Assembly (NCBI RefSeq): GCF_009914755.1 | Contig: NC_060934.1 | Length of the DNA: 64,000 nucleotides | Direction: 5' to 3' (one strand) | DNA from: the human T2T-CHM13v2.0 reference genome, Homo sapiens | Shown here: piece after piece, positions 52,728 to 64,000 of the stretch | How positions within the stretch are numbered: position 1 is the stretch's first letter | How the letters are laid out: each line of letters opens with the position of its first letter | Made by a program: the position numbers and the translations under genes | The notes under the pieces: model-generated | The model's database searches: none | The model's input: the letters and a program-made list of their open reading frames with translations, nothing else | Told to the model about the DNA's origin: nothing

Positions 52728-52805
52728 AAGACTGGAACTGACTCCCCTTTTCTGTCAGTATCAAAGCTAAAGACTGGAACTGACTCCCCTTTTCTCTCAG
52801 TATCA
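52728..52805. repeat. Two-copy tandem duplication, period 42
   Basis: AAGACTGGAACTGACTCCCCTTTTCT(G/C)TCAGTATCA twice. Confidence 0.93.
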
Positions 52806-53572
52806 CGGCTGGAGGATCACTTTAGCCCAGTGTGTAAGATGTACATGATCTGGAGCCCGATATCTCTGACTTCGTGCATAATACCTTGCCCTGCTTACAC
52901 CACTTAAGTTCACAGTCCTCCCCATGGGTCTCTGAACACCAGCTACACGCCTTACATGGGATGCCTGCCCAACTACTCCCTCTTTATAGAATGCTCTTCC
53001 CCCCAGGCATCTGCACTGTTAACTGTTAAACCTTCTTCAAGGCTTTGCTCAACTGTCACCTTGTCAACAAGACTCACCACCCAGTTTTAAATTTCACCTT
53101 CCCACAAAAATATCCACCTTGTAAATTAATGTTCACCAATTTAATTATTTTAGCACATTTTTGAAAATCAATAGCTCATATAATCATGAGTCTATTTCTC
53201 ACAGAAATAAACTGTCTCTATTGCTTACATTGTTCTACTGCAGTTTGTCTCCATCTAAATGTCCATCCCCACCATCTTCATTATTAAAACTTTAAAGTAG
53301 GTTTTGAATTCAGATTCCTGAATTCAGATTCAGAAAACCTCCAACTGTTTGTCTATTTTGAAATTGTTTTGGCTGTTCCATATTATTTTTTCCATATATG
53401 TTTTCACACAAGAAATTGAAACTTGTCAATTTCTTCCAAAATCCTCTTAGGATTTGACTGGATAACACTAGCTTCATAAAATAAGTTGAGAAATGTTCCC
53501 TTAGTCTCTGTTTTTGAAGTAGCTGATGTGAGATTGGGATTACTTATTTTAATATTTACTAGACTTCACCAA

Positions 53573-53974
53573 TGCTATAGTTTAAATGTTTGTCTCCTCC
53601 AAAACTCATGTTAAAATTTCTTTGCTAATGTAATGGTATTGGGAGCTGGGACCTTTAAGAGGTGATTAGGCCATGAGTGCTCCACGTTCATGGGGGAGTG
53701 TAATGCCTTTTAAATGGGGGTTTCAGGAGTGGATTCTTCTCTTTTCTCTTCTACTCCTCTGTCATGTAAGGTAGATTGTTTCTTCCCTTTGAAGGATGCA
53801 GCTGTTAAGGCATCATCTTAGAAGTAGAGACCTGGCTCTTACCAGACACCAAATCTGCTGGCACCTTGATGTTGGACATCCCAGCTTCCAGAACTATAAG
53901 AAATAAACTTCTGGTTTTTATAAATTACCCAGTCCCTGGTATTTGGTTACAGAAGCACAAAATGGTCAAAGACA
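53573..53974 (+). mobile_element. MaLR LTR (MST/MLT1A-like) inside old L1M
   Basis: TGCTATAGTTTAAATGTTTGTC start, AATAAA, AAGACA end. Confidence 0.85.
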
Positions 53975-54608
53975 ATAAGTGAAGACAAATCTGGTCTTTG
54001 GGGTTTTCTTTCCATCTTTGTTTTTCATAGAAAAAATAGTAGATTATATATTTGTTGTTTTAACTCATTAGAGAGTTATTTCAGTTCAATTTTCTTTTTC
54101 TTCTATTGTCAATTCTACTAAGTTAGTCTTTTAAAAATAATTTTTCCATTTAATCTAGATTGTCAAAATTATTGGCAAGAATTTTTCATAGTATTTGCTC
54201 ATTATTTTTCAATATGTACAGGATTTATAGTGATGTGACTTTGATATTTCTAAAGTTGGAAAATGTATCTTCTTTATTTTTTTAACTAGTCAATCTAGAA
54301 ACTTAATAATTATATTGATCCTATCAAATGACCCTTGATTTCAGTGATTTTTCTCTATTATTTTTTCTTTAATTTCATTGGTTCTTATTATTTTATGTTT
54401 TATTTTCGTCTATCTACTTTAATTAAGTTTAATTCTTCTTTCAAATCCAGATCTTTGATTTTACCTTATTCTCCTTTTTTTAATGTATGCATTGCATTTT
54501 TAACAATAAATTGCATTCTAACCACTGCTTTGCCTGTGTCCAAAAATTTTTGTTATAATTTTTTATTACTGTCTAGTTTAAAATATTCTTTAACTTTCTG
54601 GTGATTTC

Positions 54609-54620
54609 CTTCCTTCTTTC

Positions 54621-54656
<36 letters not shown>

Positions 54657-54966
54657 TTTCTTTCTTTCTTTCCTTTCTTTTTTTTTTTTGACGTCATCTC
54701 ACTCTGTAGCCAGGCTGGAGTGCAGTGGCATGATCTTGGCTCACCGCAACCTCCGCCTCCAGGGTTCAAGCTATTCTCTTGCCTCAGCCTCCTGAGTAGC
54801 TGAGATTACAGGCACGCACCACCATGCCCAGCTAATTTTTGTATTTTTAGTAGAGATGGGGTTTCACCATGTTTGCCAGGATGGTTTTGATTTCCTGACC
54901 TCATGACTGACCCGCTTTGGTCTCCCAAAATTCTGGGATTACAGGCATGAGCCACTGAGTCCAGCC
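54609..54966 (-). mobile_element. AluSc-like with (CTTT)n tail
   Basis: TSD GTGATTTC. Confidence 0.92.
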
Positions 54967-55069
54967 GTGATTTCTTTTCTTTAACCTAAGGACTATTTAC
55001 AACTGTTTTGTTTAATTTTCAAATGTATTTAATGTAAGGGTTATTTATAACTGTTTTGTTTAGTTTTCA

Positions 55070-55412
<343 letters not shown>

Positions 55413-55435
55413 CTAGTTATCTTATTGTGGTAAAT

Positions 55436-55437
55436 TT

Positions 55438-55482
<45 letters not shown>

Positions 55483-55771
55483 TTATTATTTTTTTTTGAG
55501 ACGGACCTAGCTCGCCAGGCTGGAGTGCAGGGGCTCAATCTCAGCTCACTGCAAACTTCACCCCTTGGGTTCAAGCGATTTTCCTGCCTCAACCTCCTGA
55601 GTAGCTAGGATTACAGGCATGCACCACCACACCCAGCTAATTTTTGTATTTTTAGTAGAGTCGGGGTTTCCCCATGTTGGCCAGGCTGGTCTCAAACTCC
55701 TGACCTGAAGTGATCCACCTGCCATGGCCTCCCAAAGTGCTGGGATTACAGACGTGAGCCACTGTGCCCAA
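55436..55771 (-). mobile_element. AluS with (TTTA)n tail
   Basis: TSD TTGTGGTA(A/G)ATTTTTA. Confidence 0.92.
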
Positions 55772-55813
55772 TCTTGTGGTAGATTTTTAATGCAACTTCA
55801 TTTTTGTCAGAGC

Positions 55814-55820
<7 letters not shown>

Positions 55821-55853
<33 letters not shown>
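55821..55853. repeat. (TA)n microsatellite
   Basis: Seen directly. Confidence 0.95.
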
Positions 55854-55855
<2 letters not shown>

Positions 55856-55909
55856 TTTAAATGATTTCAATCTTTTTAAATCAATGGAATTTTATGGTCC
55901 TTCACATAA

Positions 55910-56201
<292 letters not shown>

Positions 56202-56391
56202 CATATAATCCATTTTAATAAATATTTTATGTACACTTAAAAAGAATGTATAATCTACCTATGTTGGGTATAGCGTTATATAAACGTAAATTAATTCAAG
56301 TTTGTGGAGAGGATGATTCAAATCCTTTATGTCTTTGTGGGGGTTTTTTTTCCTAGTTCTTCTGTGAGTTCCTGAGAAGAAGGTAACTATC

Positions 56392-56771
56392 CGTAGTGCG
56401 TTGAATAGTGACACTCCACCACCCCCCCGCAAAGGATCTATCAACCAGAACTTCAGAATGTGACCTTATTTGAAATAAGGGTCTTTGTAGATATAATTAA
56501 GGTGAGAATCTAGAGATGACATTAACCTGGACTAGAGAGATCCCTGATTCCAAAGACAGATGTCCTTGTAAGAGAAAAGAAAGGCAAGCCAAGAGCCACC
56601 AGGAGCTGGAGGAGACAAGGATCGATTCTTCCCCCAGCCTTGAGAGGAAGCATGGCTCTGGTGATGCTCAGTTTCAGCCTCCTAGTCTCCAGAACTGGCA
56701 AAAATAAAATCATATGGTTTTAAGTTAACAAATTTATACTAATTTGTTGCAGAAGCCCTAACAAACGAATG

Positions 56772-56772
<1 letters not shown>
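56392..56772 (+). mobile_element. MLT1B/C-like MaLR LTR
   Basis: cagaatgtgaccttatttgaaataagggtcttt and ctccagaactg motifs. Confidence 0.8.
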
Positions 56773-58088
<1,316 letters not shown>

Positions 58089-58349
58089 AATGATAGAATT
58101 TTCTATTCCTGTCCATTTTTGCTTTCTGTACTTTGCAACTCTGTTATTAGCTGCACAAACACTTATGATGTTATGTCTTATCTTTTATTTGACCCCTTTA
58201 TAGTTGTGAATTGTTTTGTTTTGTCTCTATTAATACTTTTGGTATTAAAATGTATTTTTTCCTGATTTTGATGTAGCCAAATCCTACACAAATGTGCTTA
58301 CTATTTGCATGGTAAGTTTTTTTCCTTCCATTTACTTTCAACTACTTGT

Positions 58350-60845
58350 GCCAGCCCCTGCCTACCACCATTCTACTCTCTGTTTCGGTGAGTCTGACTA
58401 TTTAGGGTACCTTATGTAAGTAGAGTCATGAAATATATCTACTTCAGTAATGGGCTTATTTCACTTAGCATAGTGTTCTCTAGGTTTATCAGTGTTGTTA
58501 AAAATAACAGAATTTCCTTTTTTAAGGCTGAATAACATCCACAGTGTGCATATACCATATTTTCATCTATCAGTAGACATATAAGTTGTCTCCATGTCTT
58601 GGCTACTGTGAATAACACCGCAATAAATCAGAGAGTGCACGTATTTCTTAACGATAATGATTTCAATATTTTTGGATATATATCCAGAAGCTGGATCGTA
58701 TGGTATTTCTATTCTTAATTTTTCAATGAATATCTATACTGTCTTCCATAATGGCTGTACCATTTTACATTCTCATCGTGTACAAGTGTTCCAATTTTTT
58801 CACATTTTCACCACACTTGTTACATTTTTCAATAACAGCCATTTTAACAGATATGAAGTGTCATTGTGGTTTTGATTTTAACTTCCCTGATAATTAACAA
58901 CTTTTCATATACATGTTGTTCATTTGTATGTCTTCTTTGGCAAAATGTCTATTCATGCCAATTGCAAATTTTTAAAAATCAGCTTATCTGATTTTTTGCT
59001 ACATAGCTATAGGAATTTCTTATGTATTTTGGATATTTGGATATAAACTGATCAGATATATAATTAGCAAATATTTTCTGTCATTTCATAGGTTCTCTTT
59101 TCACTCTGTCAGGTTTCTTTTTCTTTTCTGTACAGAAGCTTCTTAGTCTGATGTCTTTCCACTGGTCTATTCTTGCTTTTGTTGCCACTGCTTCTGGTGT
59201 CATATCCAAGAAATCATTGCCAAGACCAATGTCATAACGATTTTCCCTTATTTTTTTTTTTTGTAAGTTTTACAGTTTTAGGTCTTACTTTTAAGTCTTC
59301 AATCTATTTTAGTTGATTTTTGTTTGTGGTGGAAGATAAGTGTCCAATTTCTTTTGATGTGGATATCCAGTTTCCCCCACCCTATTGAAGAGATTATCAC
59401 TTCCCCATTGTGTATTCTTGAGAACCTTGTGGAAGATCAGTTGAGTGTAAGTGCCTGTGTTTATTTCTGAGCTCTTTATTCTTTCCCATTGGCCTTCATG
59501 TCTGTTTTTATGACATTACCATACTGTTTCAATCTTTGTAATATATTTTAAAATCAGGAAGTGTGGTACTCCCTGATTTGTGATATTTTCTGATTTCAAT
59601 CAGGGAGTATCAATATTTGCTCTTTCTCAAGATTGCTTTGGCAATTTAGGGTCTTTTGTGGCTCCATATGAATTTTAAGATTTTTTTTGTATATCTATAG
59701 GATTGCCATTGGGATTTTGATGGGGATAGGATTAAATTTGTAGATCACTTTGGGTAGTATAAACATTTTAACAATATGAGGTTCTCCAGTCCACAAATGT
59801 GGTATGTCTTTTCATTTATTTGCATCTTTAATTTCTTTCATTAGTGTTTTGTAGTTTTCAGTGTACAAGTTTTTCACCTCTTTGATTGTTTGTTTCTAAA
59901 TATCTCATTCCTTTAGATGCTATTGTAAATAGGATTTTCCCCTTGATTTACTTTTCAGATATTTCATTGCTAATGTACAGAAATGCAACAAATTTTTGTA
60001 CATTAATTTTGTATATTACAACTTTAAAAATTAGTTTATTGGTTCTAAGTATTTTGTGCTAGTGGATTCTTTATAATTTAATTTTCTACATGTAAGATTA
60101 TGTTATCTGAAAAAATAAAAATAATTTTATTTCTTTCTTTTGTGTTTGCCATTTATTTTTTTCTTGTCTAATTGCTCTGGCTAGGACTTTTAGTACTATG
60201 TTGAATAAAGGTGGTAAATATAGGCATCCTTGCCTTGTATTGCATCTTAGAGGAGAAGCTTTTAACTTTTCACTTATGAGTATGCTGTTAGCTGTGGGCT
60301 TGTCATATATAGCCTTTATTATGTTGAGGTACATTTCTTCACATTGTGTCTCATTTATTGAGGGTTTTTATTGTGAAAGTTTGTATTAGTCCGTTTTCAT
60401 ACTGGTGTAGAGAAATACCCAAGACTGGGTAATTTATAAAGGAAAGAGGTTTAATTGACTCACAGTTTCACATGACTGGGGAGCCCTCAGGAAATTTACA
60501 ATTATGGCAGAAGAGGAAACAAGTAACTTTATTACAAGATGACAGGAGATAGTGTGAGCAAAAGCAGGGAAAACTGCCTTATCAAACTATCAGACCTCAT
60601 GAGAACTCACTCACTATCACGAGAACAGCATGCGGGACGCCGCCCCATGATCCAATCACCTCCTGCCAGGTATTTCCCTAGATACATGGAGATTATGGGG
60701 ATTACAATTCAAGATGACATTTTGGTGGGGACACAAAGCCAAAACATATCAAAGTCATTGAATTTTTAAAAACATTTTTCTTCATCTATTGAGGTCATCA
60801 TGTAACTTTTATCCTTCTTCCTGCTAATGTGTTCTATCAAATTTA
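58350..60845 (-). mobile_element. L1MA/MB 3' region and ORF2 remnants
   Basis: ORF2 remnant YLNIIKAIYDKPTAN...RQGC...PLFNIVL.VLARAIRQEK; L1M 3'UTR motifs. Confidence 0.85.
60382..60751 (-). mobile_element. THE1 (C/D-like) solo LTR nested in L1
   Basis: TGTATTAGTCC...CATATCA ends; TSD AAGTT/AAGTC. Confidence 0.9.
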
Positions 60846-61178
60846 ATGAGTTCATGTCCTTTGTAGGGACATGGATGAAATTGGAAATCATCATTCTCAG
60901 TAAACTATCGCAAGGACAAAAAACCAGACACCCCATATTCTCACTCTTAGATGGGAATTGAACAATGAGAACACATGGACACAGGAAGGGGAACATCACA
61001 CTCTGGGGACTGTTGTGGGTGGGGGGAGGGGGGAGGGATAGCATTAGGAGATATACCTAATGCTAAATGACGAGTTAATGGGTGCAGCACACCAACATGG
61101 CACATGTATACATATGTAACAAACCTGCACGTTGTGCCCATTTACCCTAAAACTTAAAGTATAATAATAAAAAAAAAA
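60845..61178 (+). mobile_element. L1PA2/3-like 3' end (5' truncated)
   Basis: ORF2 end, G-rich 3'UTR, aaacttaaagtataataa and poly(A). Confidence 0.95.
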
Positions 61179-62443
61179 TTGGCAAGAGTTTAAGAGGTGG
61201 ATTAAAGAAGAGAACTTTTTTACTGAAAGGGAAAATGTTCGTATTTATGCCAATTTTAATTAATTCATTAATAGCCAGACAGTCTGAAGAAGATTGAGGT
61301 AAAATAGAATGGTTTGATATGGTACTTGTATGAAGAATGACAGATGCCAGAGAAGAAAATACAAGTAGAAATAATACCCAAGATCATCAGATTTTGTCAT
61401 TGATGCTGAAATATTTCCACCAAACAGGAAAGAATATATTGTTTAAGACTATTACTGAAAGCGTCGTGTTTATTGGATGTCTATTGTTCCAAATATTTTT
61501 ATAATCTTCTAATTTTTAGCCTAATCTTGACATGAATACATGTCAAATGCTTATTTTAAAGATAAGTCATGAACATGTCATTGAGCATGCTCTATATATT
61601 GTGCAGTACTTCCCTAGGCACTATGGGGAGATAATGACAAGGCATACTTTCTAATACCAAGGAGGGTCAATGCTGTGTTTTGCAATGGAAGAGAGGATCA
61701 CTGTATGGGTGGCCAGAATCAAAAGAACAATTAATTAGAGGAATGGCAAATTTGGAATTTCTTTACACAGAGGCTCAAAGTCAGAGGGTCAGTAAATACA
61801 AAAAAAGGGTGTCAAAATTTATAAAGGCTGAGTTTGAGACTATGTTACAAATGTTTATCCTCAATGACATATGAGAAGAACATATCTGATGGTATTATCA
61901 GATACCAGATACTTTGAACATTAGTAATAGAATAAGGTAATCAATAAAAAATGAAATAGCTAGGCAATCTAATATAGGATCAGATGAGCATGAAGTTCAA
62001 CCTAGCAGGAAAAGCAGAATTGGAATAATTTTTCCAAAAAGAGAGGCCAGTTCAGATTAAGGGGATAAGAACTGGGTTTTAAACATACAAATTATTTTTT
62101 CTTATAAACACCACTCATATAAAGACATAAGATGTAATAATCACATATAAAAATATAAGAACTAGTTTTAAATTCATTTAAGTGACTGTGTAACTGAACA
62201 TGTGTTTGGAGTTCCCCAAATCTATATAACACATAAATTATTATTTGTCATACACTGTCCCCCAGAGTCCCACATAAAAGGGGGAGAAAAATGACATCCA
62301 ATATTTTAGTGCCCCTCCAATTATCACAACCACTTTTTAGACCTAATGGAGTAAACTGTGTCTTTATTTAAAAGACACTGCTTCTTGGAGGCTCATATCA
62401 TTCAGTTATTGTACTTTCTATACTTTCCCGTCATAGTCATTTT

Positions 62444-62945
62444 TGTATTTGTTTAGTTTTGCTGCATGACAAACTGCCTTAAACCTAATGACTTATAAAA
62501 ACAATCATTTGCTCAACTCATAATTCTCCAGGACAGCAATTTGGACTGTGCTCAGCTGGGCTGTTATCTGGTCTCAATTGGAATCACTATTGCTTTTAGA
62601 TTAACTGAGAGGTGACTAGACTAGGACAATAACAGCTGGGACCATGTATTTCTTCTTGATGTCATCTGTCATTCCCCAGCAGAGTAGCCTAGACTGATTC
62701 ATATGATGGCTGGGAGGGTTATACAAGAAAGCAAGTGGAAACATTCAAGATTTTTGAAGCCTAGGCTCCAAATTGGCTTCCATCCTTTCCACCACATAAT
62801 AAGTACATCCACTGAGACAAATTATGAGATGAACACAAATTCAGGGGCACAGGAAATAGACTCCTAGATGGGAAGATTTAAAGAGCTTTAATTGTCAAAG
62901 ACATGGATACAGAGAGACATGAAGGCTCATATTCATGCTTGCAAG
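62444..62945 (-). mobile_element. Old MLT1-type LTR
   Basis: ttgctgcatgacaaac...caatttggactgtgctcagctggg motifs. Confidence 0.65.
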
Positions 62946-63442
62946 CTCTTACTCTTTCTCATCTTCTGATGTCCTCTCCTCAGGCAATGATTTTCTTCTT
63001 TGAATCATGACCCATGTCATTTCCCCAGCACCAGCCATCATTATGGCTGACTTGGGATCTCTATGTGGCACTCCAGCCTCTCAGGTCTTAATCTCTTCAT
63101 CTACAGACCTTTACCTCCATGCCACATTGGTCATCTGTTGCCTTGCCACATCCTGGGCCTCGTCTCCACTGGAGTAAATTTACCTTTGAAATGGAAGTAA
63201 ACGCTCCACTTTCTGACATAATCTCACTCCTTTTGGCTCTCATTATGACTGACCCTTTTTCATTGACATTATTGGTATTTTTAGGCCTTTGGCCTTTCTG
63301 CCTGTATATCACTTCCTATATTTCTTAGATTCTATGCTAAAGCCATTTAATCATTCTCCTGGCTATATCTCCAACTTTTTTAAAAAAATATATCTCAGTA
63401 GTTTTGCAGTTCAGGTGCCATTCCTTAAAGAACAATAGCCAT

Positions 63443-63753
63443 GGCTTGTTTTGATGACTCACATCTGTAATCACAGCACTTTGGGAGGCCAAGGCGGAGG
63501 ATCCACTTGAGGAGGATCACTTGAGGTTGGAGATCAGCCTGAAAAACACAGACCCTGTATCTACAAAAAAATTAACAATTAATTGGGAGTGGTGGCATGC
63601 ACCTATAGTCATAGCTGCTTGGGAGGCTAAGAGGATCCCTCGAGTTCAGGGGGTTCAAGGCAGCAGTGAAGTATGATTGCACCACTGCACTCCAGCCTGG
63701 GTGATAGAGCAAGATCCTGTCTCAAAAAAATAGAAATGAAAAAAAAAAAAAAA
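63443..63753 (+). mobile_element. AluJ
   Basis: Diverged Alu; TSD AGCCAT. Confidence 0.88.
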
Positions 63754-64000
63754 CCCAGCCATAACCAAACACAACACCCAGCAGGACATTAAAGACGAAA
63801 TGGGGCCTGTAAAACTACATATCTAAAAAGGGGACCTACATAGTTTTAGCTCTTGCCTGATTTGCAGTTCACATTTGTTGATCCTTGCCAAGGTGGTTGT
63901 TGTTATTCTTCTGGACAATATGGAGTCCTTACATGTGTTCCTTGTTTATTGCAGTATTTTAGCTCAGGCCATGACATTAGCAAAGCAAAAAAAGACTATG

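Overview
Primate (almost certainly human) AT-rich genomic DNA dominated by interspersed repeats: about 50 Alu elements or fragments, L1 and L2 pieces, MaLR and ERV LTRs including a complete LTR12 solo LTR, Tigger and hAT DNA transposons, and microsatellites. I recognise no protein-coding gene, and nearly all ORFs in the track are repeat-derived. In the unique sequence, several minus-strand exon candidates (44477-44716, ~21955-22050, 6656-6964, 4862-4923) look like the 5' region of a multi-promoter gene continuing past position 1. Three of them carry ATG-started frames ending at phase-0 donors that fit the open frame of the 62-nt exon at 4862-4923. The best-supported unusual structures are (i) a twin-primed L1PA8-like insertion with an apparent 3' transduction inside one TSD pair (50625-52606) and (ii) a truncated Alu sharing two non-consensus variants with its inverted neighbour (31.9-33.0 kb). 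I found no convincing new biological system. Subfamily calls are by eye from remembered consensus sequences and need RepeatMasker/Dfam confirmation.
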